DNA of 56,825 nucleotides from Perkinsus olseni (Eukaryota): NCBI GenBank assembly GCA_013115125.1, contig JABANN010000176.1, positions 1 to 56,825 of the forward strand, read 5' to 3'. Shown piece by piece: positions 46,001 to 56,825 of this stretch (position 1 is its first letter; each line of letters starts with the position of its first letter). The notes under the pieces were generated by a model. It saw only the letters and a program-made list of their open reading frames with translations, ran no database searches and was not told where the DNA came from. The position numbers and the translations under genes were made by a program.

Positions 46001-49000
46001 CTTTACTCCCGGGATTCTGAGAACGTTTGCGGCGAGGACCTAGAAATTAGATCTCAGAGTTGATGCCATCATATGCATGTTCTTCGGTAGCCGAAGTTTG
46101 GATAGGTTCGTGAATGGTCCTATGAGCTAGAAAAGCTTGGGTTGCTGGTTGACCTTCCCCAAGGGAAGGAATGACCAACATTGACATTGGAGCGAACCCG
46201 GCAGCGGAAATTTTTTAACAATACCTGGCCCTAGTCGGCCTCACTATGACAGCTCTACCCAGTACTGTTACTACTGTTGTTCCAGCCGACGGCCTTACTG
46301 TTCTAAGTGGCCCACTGGTGGAGAGATTGGTGATGCATCTAACAGTGTCACCCTATCATTCACTGATTATCAGTGGTGGCCTTGGGGCACTGGCCCACTA
46401 GCGGTGCGATTGACTACGCCCTTGCAGGCACCGACATCGAGTGTGACATGTTTTAGCGGGTAGCGGGTATCCCACTGAACGAAGATGACGGTTATACATG
46501 TTCCGTGTATTTAAGTGACATTAAGCTATATACTGTCTGAAAGAGCGCGCCGAGCTCTATCAGATAGGTCCAACCAGAGTATTACAGCTAATACCGTTAG
46601 CGCACGTTTTGTGCAAGGGTAGCAGAAGGTTTTGGTGGACCCGCCTGCTGTGTGGTTTGATATGATGACTCATCATTGATGAGGGTCCATGCTGGTCCGA
46701 AGGCTCTTACGAGAATATGAGCATGATCACTCTGCCCGCCTAGGAACTTCCCCCTTCCCAGTGGGAAGGGTTCTCTTTCACTTAGCAACTTTTATAGCAT
46801 ATCTTGTGTTCTTCTACCCACGGTGAGGTTGGCTCTTAACTCGCCCGGGGGTTTTGATGCGGGACGATGATTCGGAAGAGAGAAGCTATGATCTACTAAA
46901 AATACTCTCGTGATCGGAAGTTACTCATTTGTCGTCAGTTGGGTCAGTGGCACTGACTTTGTGCATTCGCAGTAGAATTGTTTCATCTTTCTGCCTTAGC
47001 CGCCCGAGCGGAGTTGTTTCATATCCTAGTCTCCGTTGTTCTGTCAGTCCTCGATATTTACGGCTTCGAGAGCCTCGAGAAGAACTCCTACGAGCAGCTG
47101 CTCATCAACCTCACCAACGAGAGGCTTCAGCAGTTCTTCGTCTCCAAGGTGAGTGGGGGCGATATTCGGCTTGTCTAGATTGGGTGCATACAGGTTCTGG
47201 ACAGAGAACAGCAAGCCTATGAGGCAGAGGGAATACAGTGGGAGTCGGTACCCTTACCAGATGCCACGCCCACTGTCAAAGTCATACAGTAAGGAAGGGA
47301 GGTGTGGCACTATGTGAAGCGTGTGCTTTGCCTTTCATTGTTGAGGTGATTACTTTTTAAATTCGATCGTCTTTTCCCTAGACGGGCTCATCGGGTCATT
47401 CACGACATGCCGTACTGTGAGGTTTGGGGGGATTATCCATCGTGAGCTTGCAAGAGTTAACGTCTGTTGCACTTCGTGAGAGATCTGGAAAATTTTATTC
47501 TGCCATTCATGGAAGTCTTCCCATTTCAGTGGCGCTTTGAGTATCCTGGACGACTGCTGTCTGAGAGCTTCCAGGGGAATGCCGGAGGACGATGATAAAT
47601 ACGTTGGAGAGGTGAGATGGAGGTCCTCGGTTCAAACCCGAGGTGGGGCACTTTTCAAGACCGGTTTTCTCCATAGGTTCAGCAGCGGTTCTTCGATGGC
47701 AGTGCGGGATGCAAATTGAAGCCCCCGAGGCCGCAGAAAGCACCGCCGAATCGAGGCTTCCGGAAGGGCGCCAAAATTGAACGCACGAAGATCACCAGTG
47801 GCTTCATCATTAACCATTACGCTGGTAAGATTTTTTGACTCGCCAAAATGATATTACCGTCTCTTCCCTTTTTCCATTATTTTTCTTCCGCAGGGGAAGT
47901 GACTTACACGGCGAGTGGCTGGATGGAGAAAAACAACGGTCGTATGGTACCAGAGATGGAGAGCCTCATATTGGGAAGCTCTAATGCATGGGCTAAGGAG
48001 CTTGGCGATAAGGAGGTGGGACTTCTCTCCGCACTGGACTGCGTTACTCCGCTTCGCTCAGCACTAGTGGGAAGGGCGTCCCATATAACTATCGATTCAT
48101 TTTCGGTATGATATCTTTCGTCGTAGAAGGATTGGGAATTTTTACACAAATTGAGATCTTCAGAATTTGAGCTGTATTGCGTAGAAGCTTCATGCGAATA
48201 CATAGGCGGAAGATGATACTAATTCATGGCGTGAGTCACGTTTATCATCATGATGCTGGTATCTGGCCACGATAATATTTACTTATTACTAAGTGTACAA
48301 TCCTAGTGGTAGCTGTAATTACGATTTTTGTACTGTATTATAACTGATAACTCTGCAAGGAATTGTAGGTGCAGATGGTCATACAGATCTAGTTTTCTTT
48401 CGTTCAGGGATGCTCTATGCAATGCGAAAAGTTCAAGTCAGTCCGGAAGCACTTCACCGATGAGTTGGAGAAGATGTTGAAGATGCTGGACAAGACTGGC
48501 TTGCATTATATACGATGCTTCAATCCGAATAACCAACAATCTCCTGACCACTTTGATAGAGTAAGATACGCCTCTCCCTCGAGAATGTCCCTCGCCTGAA
48601 CATCGTCGATGCAGTATGTAAGGCAAATGTGAATGTTTCGCAGATTTTGACGAGGGAATTTTCACGAAAAAGTGGACAGAGGTAAAGTCTTTTCCGCTGA
48701 AAATTTGGATGAAATACGAATGTACTATTAATGCTTGTAATTTTTGCACTCAGGAAATTAGATAATGATTCGACTTTTATTTTCTTTTCGGATATTTTTT
48801 CTTCCCTTTTCAGCGTTATGTCCTATCACAAGTGATACAATGCGGTACGGTGGAGTTGGTGAATATGATGCATCATGGTTACCCAAATCGGCTGCCGATC
48901 AAGGATCTTGTCACCCGTTACAAGCACATGATGCCTAAAAGATTCCATTCTATGGACGAGTGAGTGTCGGAATTTCCCTTCACTGCACGGAGCTCCGTCG

Positions 49001-52000
49001 GTTTAATTTGTGCGAAAAAATTTCGAAAAATTATGAGAAGACTCTAGACGAAGATGAATGTTGGCCGTCTCTGGCGATATTGTGAGCTTGGTTGAGGTTT
49101 GGTAGTTCTTTAATGCGGAATTTTACGGTCGTAACATATTTTATCATTATTAATATGTATTTAATTTTCAAAGGGTTATTGATTATTCAAAATAATTTTC
49201 CTTATTGATTTTATCGATTTTATTGAAGGCACGTGTAACAGTATTTTGGCGATTTTTTTTATTATTCGAAATCAGCGTGACTTGGATTGGTGTCTTCAGT
49301 CGCGCGTTCATCCTTGCTCTCCTCCACGGGTTGGGAATGCCCTCCTCGGAGTTCTCTGTTGGGCTCACGAGGGTCTTCCTGAGGGCGAGGCAGTTGGAAT
49401 TCTTGGAGAAGCTGAAGGGAAGTGGCGAAGCTCAGGTGGGTATCCTCATGTCGACTCTGGGAGATACAAAATAGATTGAAGTGTGCATCCTGTAGGTTGA
49501 TGAGGATATCATCAAGGAAGTTCTCGCGAGAGTTGCGAGGCAAAGGTTTAAAAGCGCCGTCCACGCAGTCATTATCTGCCAGAGACTGCCTAAGATTCTC
49601 AAGGCCTCCAAGTGAGGGTTCCTCGTATCATTCAGAGTCCAATCTTCCTGCTCTCAGGCGTCTCCGCACACTGGCGATTTTCGCTGATAAAATTTGGCTG
49701 GTCTACAGGATAAAGCGGGCTACCTCGAGGCTCCTCGCCGCGGCACGGAGGGTGAGGTTACGGGAGGAATTAATCTTTTTCTCTTTGCACTAATGTAGCC
49801 AAGTAAGTGCAAATTGGAACTTGGCCTGCTCGTGCTGTCGCTTGTTGAATTTGATTGTGACCCACAGTCAACTTCAACAAGCGACAGCAAAATAGCAACT
49901 TCCCACAATTTATGGGAGAGCAGATAAATGCCGTAGAAACGTTATTGGAATGGGATTTGGTCGTTGGAAAGTATCCTCAGTGTGAGAATTCTGCAGTTCT
50001 GCAGCGAACTTTCAAGTGTAGTTCGTCATAATTTTCCATGAATTTTTTCGTATACGAATATTTTCCAACTGAGTTTGTACAGTAGAGCAAGTCTTCGGGT
50101 ATCAATGGTGTGTCGAAAGGAGGCTCCCGTCAGGTGATTGATGAGCGGAACAAGGAGAACCAGCGTTTGGAGGAGCTGCGCATCCAAGCTGCTTTGAAAA
50201 TGCAAGAAGACGAGGAGGCGAAGGAAGCTGCTATGAGGCGTGAGGAGGAGAGGCTGAAGAAAGTGGAAGAGGAGAGTCGAAGGAAGTTGGAGGAGTTGAG
50301 GAAGAAAGATGAGGAGAATCGGCTGCGGTCGGAGAAGCGGAAGCATGAGGGCGGTGATGGCAGCTCAGTCAAGGACGGCCGATTCGTATCCCCCTCACCA
50401 GTGCTGCCCTCCAGGAAGCTCCAGTTTGACGCGCGAGCAGCCGAGGTGCGAGGTGAATCTTGCAATCTTGCTTTACCTCTATGTTTGGTGGTGGATGTTG
50501 ACTGGGTTGTTTGTCAGGGCCCGATATCGAGTCCGTGTGATTTGTCCTTCAAAAGTCCGGCGAATGGAGGGTCGGTGGAGAGGCAGTCGATCTACCATTC
50601 TGTAATTAATCAATCTCCGGGGAATACGCCGGATTGGATGAATGTGGAGAAGCATGAGAGGCGGCATATTGGTAATAAACACCCACCGTGGGGCTCGAAC
50701 CCACGACCACAAGGTTAAGAGCCTTGCGCTCTACCGACTGAGCTAGACGGGCTTATTGTGGTGGGTAGTTGATGGGCATTTTGAGCTCTCTCAGGCAGCG
50801 CGCTCGACGCCTCCCTCTGTGATGACCTCTATGCGGACGGGAGCCAGCAGGTGTGACAAATGGGAGATCTCTCCCAAACACTCCCTCAGAGAATATCCTT
50901 CCGTTCAGCCGCCCTTCTGCCCCGTCCCTCGAGTCTTCCTCACCATCAACAACTTCGTTGAAGGGAAGCACATGAGCGACAAGAAGTGGGGCGTGGCCGG
51001 CTCGAGCGTGGTAGGAGTCGTGGCCGGCTAGTTGGGCTCTGACTGAGGGTCAGGTCCGCTCCAATGGAGTTGTTGAGACGGCCTTGTTCTTCGATGCTGA
51101 GAGGAGAAGGTTAGTGGCGGCGGATGTAGGCTAGGGAAGTGTGGAGAATCTTAGCTTGAAGCTTGCTCAATATGGTTAGGGTTGAATCCTTTGCAAGGAC
51201 GAAACCGCGAGTTAGCGTGATTGTTATCCCTGTCAAAGGCGAGACCGTTTTCGTTAGCCGACCTCTCGCTCCTCAGCTGCCCCTCTGCGGTACCGGTTCG
51301 AGACGGGAGGTGCCCTTGGTGGCCTCACACGCATACGTGGTCGACCCGATACGGAGCACAGTCGTGGAGGAAGGTAGGTGGAGAAATGCCGGGGGGTCGG
51401 ATCGAACCGGGGACCTACAGGTGAGACGGCGGAGGAGCCTGTTGAAGCGATCTGTCAACACCCTAACAAGTTAGACATTTTTGCAACTACAAACGGGAAG
51501 GATGTGGTAAGAATTCGAAATCTTGCTATCTTGGATTTCCTCAATGAATCTTCCAAGGTCGTGTGGTGCTGGCATGGAGATCAGCCAGGAGGGTGGACTA
51601 ACACTCCTCCCGAGACTAACAGTATTCTTGAGGCTAAGTGTGTGATATCTGACATGCTTGGCAGAGCTCCTGCATGTATAAGGTGAGAGAATCTTTCAGT
51701 CATGCTTGCACTTGGTAGGTTAACCTTTCGGCAGCATATCTTTTAGGTTGATGACTTTCCTCCCCCACGGCAATCGAGTCCTGCTGGTAACTGTTGTTGA
51801 AGTCAGAGACGTAAGTGGCATACCTTCGTCTCGATGATGATGCGCCTTTTTCAGAGTATCGGCCAGGGTGGAGCACTTCGACACATCCTCAGACTGGATG
51901 AGGTAGTATCTATCGCCCCAGGCTCGGAGCTACAGACTGTTGCAGAATATATTAGTCGGATCTCGCGGATGCGCCCTTTGCTCTGGTGATGACGATGAAT

Positions 52001-54289
52001 AGGAATTTATGGGTAGTTATTCTCGACTACATCATCGTCAATACTCCTGTATTATTTAAAATAATTTATAAAATAAATAGAATAAAAAATAATTTACTTT
52101 TCCGGCCGCAAAATTCGCGGAAATTTTTGGAAATTCTATTTTTTGTGGACTCCATTCGGTACTTCACTGCAGGTTCTCCCTCAACGCAGCGCTCAGTCCG
52201 GCAATCACTACAGAACTCGGAGGCATCACGACTCCGTCGAGCTCGAAACCCCGGCTGTACGAGTGGCAGTGGCGGCCACAGTAGGCATGGAGGACTTCGT
52301 TATGGAAGCTACCTCCGGTAGGCTGGGGAGGGAGAGCAAGACGACAAATCCCGCAAAGCCTCGGGCCTCGGGCACCCCTGCTGAGACTTCGTGGAGTCCT
52401 TTCGATTCCATTCTCTCGAAATTGGGGAGGGAGAATTTTGAAAAGAGGAAGTGCCGAAGGGAAAAGGGGGAAGGACGAGGATGCTTTCGTTCGAAGCCGT
52501 TCTCGTCAGGTCAGGATTCCGAGGACGGGGGAGGCATAGACGTGAGGGAGGTAAGCGGCGGTCATCGTCAAAGAGGAAGTTGGACAGCGTCGAATTTGGT
52601 CAGAGTCTGGTGAACCCCTTCCGAGTGTTGGCAGCGGGTCTGTCTGGTCGGACGGTGCTGGTGGGCGGGCGGAATGTCCTGCAGCTGTTCGAAGTGATAG
52701 AGCAGCCGATGACTGCCGATGGTGGGGAGAATAAGAAGGGAGGGATACAGGAGGAAAGAAAGATCAGGTGGGTAGCTAGAGGTCTCAGAAAGTGTGATGA
52801 ATGGTTTCTCAGGTTGATTGCTGACTGTGTAAATGACTTTGATGACTTCGAGGATATCGACATCACAGATTGCCTACCGATTCTGCCAGAGCAGCGTGCG
52901 CGGCCGTCGAGAGCGTCTCAAGAAGGTGAAGGTTGACCTTGTCTCATACAAGCGTCAAAGATACGCATGACTGCGCTCTTCCGGAAATTATTCTAACTGG
53001 GTTGAATATTTGCATGCGATAGAACTGCGAGAGCATCAGGAGAGAAAACGTTCGAATGGCAGAAATGATAGACGGAAGAGTTGTAAAAAAACTCCCTAAA
53101 ATTCCGAAAATGGGCCACGACGGAGTTGGAAGCTGCAGCATGATTCTATCGGACCGGCGGCATCAAAGAGGCCCAAGTCGCTACCATAAAGAGATCGTTC
53201 ATAGCTCATTTGAGTCCCCTCGATTTGGCAGAGGAGTGGTACTTCCGGAATCAAGCGATCTGCAGGATTTGCCATACCATGCGCAGCGGCGTTCGGTGTC
53301 AGGTTTGGTGATGGTGGATCGTTACTTGGTGAGCTCCTCCTCCGGCCAAGTGGTATCTTTGGTGGTATCTTCACAACGTCATCGTGGCAGCTCGAAGTCG
53401 GAGGTTGAGGTATCTTTTGATTGACATGGTACCTCTCAGGTCTAGCGGAGCGAAGGAGACTCTTATTCTTGACGTGTCTAGAAGCAGTATCGTCGTTACT
53501 GCTACTGAAGCCGCTACTCCGCACGTGAGGGAATATGAAGAGTATCTTTGGATCAAGCGTGCTCTCGACAGGTGAGGTCAATAGTATGTCCATGGAGGGA
53601 AATACAGAGGATGATACCGGCTGGAGAGCGGCCGTCTAAGAGGTAGTCACCCCGCGGCCATTGGACTAGAAGGGTTCATCAGGGCGACCGGGCCGGGGCT
53701 ACACCCGCCTCGTGAGCGGGGAGGAGACAACGAGGCTATGAAGGCAGCCCGGCGGAGGACCGACCGACAGGCTGCCGCTTTCTACATGCTGTGTAGTGCA
53801 CTCGGGGGGATCTTCTGGTCGGTTGACATTAGCGTGCAGCGAGATCGTAAGAATGATGTGGAATCGTTCGTGTTTGAGATATTTTGTGTGAGGATCTGAG
53901 ACGAGGCTCTAAGTGATGATCTTGAACATCACTGATGTTTATGTTCGACAAACACAGTTTACGAGAAACTACTTCGAACGATGGGCGCGTGCAATGGCAA
54001 CGGCCCTTCGGCGGAGTTTCTTCGCCGCGTGCAATTGCAACGGCCCTTCGGCGAAGTTTCTTTGCCGCGTGCAATAGTTTCGGGGGTATTCTCCCATAGA
54101 AGATGATGTTGATGAGTTAATCGATTTAATCGTTCTGAATCACTGGTCGGCTCATAGTCGGCGCATCCCTCACTTTATCCCGATTTCATCCGAGTCATCA
54201 TGGAATTGGTGTCAGGTAACGCAGGGGTGGTACGGCAGTATAACGAGCCCTCTCAGGAGAGGAAGTGGACCTTGAGTGGCGAGGAGTGA
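43009..54289 (+). CDS. Unconventional myosin heavy chain (motor, neck, charged helix, long beta-rich tail), many exons; tail exons approximate
   Basis: [29 protein letters not shown] (P-loop), [23 protein letters not shown] (switch I), LDIYGFE (switch II), [39 protein letters not shown]-rich segment at 50130-50345; last exon ...RKWTLSGEE* ends at 54289. Confidence 0.88.
45320..45410 (-). other. Intron containing a tRNA 3'-half (antisense)
   Basis: + strand TGGACATGCCGGGGATTGAACCCGGGACCCCGTG, perfect T-stem; PEQ|VTQ in frame. Confidence 0.85.
47612..47676 (+). other. Intron containing a tRNA 3'-half (sense)
   Basis: GTGAGATGGAGGTCCTCGGTTCAAACCCGAGGTGGGGCACTTTTC...CCATAG, perfect T-stem; YVGE|VQQ in frame. 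Confidence 0.88.
50680..50752 (-). tRNA. trnK-CTT: tRNA-Lys(CTT), intact, antisense within myosin intron 50672-50794
   Basis: Reverse complement GCCCGTCTAGCTCAGTCGGTAGAGCGCAAGGCTCTTAACCTTGTGGTCGTGGGTTCGAGCCCCACGGTGGGTG; complete cloverleaf, anticodon CTT. Confidence 0.93.
51374..51420 (-). other. Intron containing a tRNA 3'-half (antisense)
   Basis: GTAGGTGGAGAAATGCCGGGGGGTCGGATCGAACCGGGGACCTACAG; VEEG|ETAEE in frame. Confidence 0.85.
53987..54075. repeat. 40-bp tandem repeat (~2.2 copies) in a myosin intron
   Basis: GCGTGCAAT(G/T)GCAACGGCCCTTCGGCG(G/A)AGTTTCTT(C/T)GCC duplicated. Confidence 0.85.
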
Positions 54290-56613
54290 GTTCCACCAGC
54301 CACAGGGGAGCCCTCGGTCGGGACCCCGGAGGTGCGGTCACTTGGTGGCTTTGGCAGGTGGATATTCGGACCGTCCTCGAGCAGCAATGCCAGACTGGAG
54401 AGTTGCGAGTTCGAGTGCGCGGAGTTTAGTAGAGTCGATCGTCTGAGGATGGTACTGGTGGATACGGCGACGAAGAATCTTCTGGTGAGTTGCGCCGCGA
54501 GTCATCAATGAAAAACGCGAGTCAGAAAATAGTCGATAGGCGATGATCGATATGTTCCATGCTCGGGATCGGGAAGGCTTTTCCTGCGCGGACTGTCCTG
54601 AGACTTTCAGGTATCGACCCTGGATGCTGATGCCCCTCCGCATGTAGTCCACTTGCCTCGCTGAGTAGCTGCTTCCACCACGTCTCAATTAGCGTATGCG
54701 GATATGCATAGAACCTTTCCTATGTGGGTCGAGTTGTGAGGCCAGTTGGGAGGGGAGAGGACTGCTAGAGCCCACCCCTCGCCGTTCAAAGGCCGGTCAG
54801 GGGTGTGTGTCTCTGATGCAGATTACGAACGGTTCACTCGGAAAGCCTTGCAACACGATACGGCGGTGTGTACGGCCGAAGGTACCGCGACATTTACATG
54901 GTTCACATCGGAGATCCCGATGTGGGCCCTCTCTCTGCTCGGCTCTTGAGAGGTTGGAGCGCAATCAGCTTGTCGGGTGGAGAAATACGTCAACACACCT
55001 TTGCTATGAGCATCCGGTCTAGCTAGGACACGGTCAGTATGAATCAGCTGTGATCTACTACGCTCCGACTAAACTACGAGCCTCAGTACATGGGTTTCAA
55101 TGATCGCAAAAGAAACTAGTGTCCATGAAAATGGCAAAACCATGGCTGAAAGCTTCAGCTTGATGGTATACAGTACGATGACCTTTCCTGGGCTCCTGCA
55201 ATTAAGGATGCGGCAATGAAGGGCCGGTGCACGGGACCTGCTGTGGTAGCAGTTAACTTGGCACGAGAGAAGAGGACATGCAACGGAGACACAGTGGATT
55301 CACGCGTTAGTATGGAGAGAGGATAACCCGTCTTAATCGTTGCTAGGCTTCGTACTTGCGTGCTGACAAGAGAAGATGAGGCACACCTCCATCCAGCTCG
55401 AGGTTCACAGTGGACACCTTGTCGTATGCCAGAGCCGATTACAGAGAGATACAACGATGGAGGCAACCGATCATAAGTTACTGATGTGACGTCGGGCGGA
55501 CGACGCTAGCACACATGATCCAGAAATGAAAACGCCGGAGTGTAGTGGCTGTGGTGTACGGTAGAGCCTCTCCCACCTTGACAGTACTGAGTCATACCGC
55601 GCTAACTCCGTTGTCAACCGCCTAAGTATCATACGAGGATGACTTGCATTCTCGGACCCGGCCTAAGTGGGAAGGATTCCCGTTGAACTGGTTGGTGCCG
55701 CGGTCTCCGAAGAGCTAGATGAACGTCAGCTTCGTCCTCACGCTAGTGACGTGGCCTAGCGACGAGAGCAGCGGTCGCCTTGTAACTACGAACCCTCGAC
55801 ACTCTTCATCCAGTGGAGTCTACGATAACTTTACCACCATGGCCCCCATTGAAGCCTTCCAGCAATCAGCGTGAACAATCATAGTATTCCTAAGCACCAG
55901 CATCTCGTTTCATCTTGCGCCTTGCGCTCGCGTGCATGGTTTAAGCCTATTGAGTGTACGTGCTACATTACGCTGTTGTCCACGCTCTATACCACATTAT
56001 CGTCTCATTTCTCTTAATACTGAGTCGACCTTTCTTTGTGCCTCGTCCCATATATCCAGGCCGTACTTAGTGGTGGTGAAGTTGTGGTAGGCCACCGTGC
56101 GCGCAGGAGACAAGGCACGTGCGGCACGCGGCGTGTCTTTGCACTATAGTGACACTTACCTTTACTGCTACTGCGTACCATTAGTATCAGATAACCATGT
56201 GATCTTATTCTGCGCTTTGCACTCGCGTCCATGAGTATACGTGCTATACTAAGCTTAGCCTAGCTCAGTAAGCTGTAAATCACATTATTCCTTAGCTAAT
56301 ATACAGTCCAATTTTACCACTCTTTGAGCCCCGTCTCAAATAGCCAGCCACACTGTACTGAGTTATAGTGCATCTTCGATCGAAGCTTCGCTAAACCTTC
56401 CTCCGCTATCCGGGTAAATAGCAGCATTGATCTGCATTTGTATCGATCACTTGCCAAGTTGTCTTTTCCCTCGTCAGTTGTGTTGATGGACCAACCTTCA
56501 TCCCTATCACAGTAATCTCATCCCTCATCAATCAAAGCCACGGCATGTCTAACATGAGTATCATCATCCTATCATTATCGCTTACTTCGGCTCTACACCA
56601 TTTCCAGACCTAC

Positions 56614-56750
56614 TTAGTAAAACCCCAGAGCAATTTAATAAAGCCCAGAGCAAATTAGTAAAACCCCAAAGCAATTTGATAAATCCCAGACCAAATTAGT
56701 ATAACCCCAAAGCAATTTGATTTTATGAAAGACCAATTTAGTAGAGCCCC
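56614..56750. repeat. Degenerate ~20-21-bp tandem repeat
   Basis: TAAAACCCCAGAGCAATTTA-like units, about 6 copies. Confidence 0.7.
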
Positions 56751-56825
56751 TAAAAAACCACTAAATAGTACGGAAAAACTCACAATCGGCCTACATGAAG
56801 TAAGCACTCGGTATCCTAAAGATCG

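Noticed and set aside
45547-47047. 1.5-kb myosin intron as an LTR or transposon relic
   Set aside because: The composition looks different, but I found no convincing TG...CA ends, TIRs, TSD or coding remnant
14862-47676. Calling the intronic T-arm fragments functional tRNA genes
   Set aside because: They lack D-arm and anticodon halves or have broken stems; only the 50680-50752 copy is a complete cloverleaf
54338-56232. ORFs downstream of the myosin gene
   Set aside because: Some exon-like segments near 54820-55100, but no domain or coherent gene model

Overview
Eukaryotic, intron-dense genomic DNA. The short GT-AG introns, acceptor-like AGs just upstream of start codons and gene content look like a Perkinsus-type myzozoan alveolate (inference). 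Genes fall into three unidirectional blocks. The + block (1-~6.7 kb) holds the end of a coiled-coil gene, a CPBP/CAAX protease and a small 2Fe-2S protein. The - block (10.3-26.1 kb) holds EVE/THYN1, a RING finger gene, a ZCCHC10-like SR protein, an ankyrin protein, a cNMP-binding/ankyrin ion channel and an intronless AMACR. The second + block (26.8-54.3 kb) holds an ELAV-like RRM protein, RCC1 with an N-terminal RanBP2 zinc finger and FxFG motifs, a multi-TM protein and a myosin. tRNA genes (Thr, Val, Gln and a Val pseudogene) sit at the convergent boundary. Main discovery: more than 20 spliceosomal introns carry, and in many cases largely consist of, a tRNA 3'-half (variable loop, T-arm/B-box, acceptor 3' strand, T-run). 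The copies are all different and occur in both orientations, and one intron holds an intact antisense tRNA-Lys. Many other introns carry one of four further recurring short motifs (AATTTCGTGGCGCGCGAC, GCGGAGCGAAGC, TCRACCT(C)AAGATACC, TCTTGCWATCTTGC). The first of these forms a 4x tandem array beside a pseudo-tRNA at the divergent strand switch. Also present: a hAT-type MITE with an 8-bp TSD and several minisatellites. Gene models were built by eye, so distal exon boundaries are approximate.
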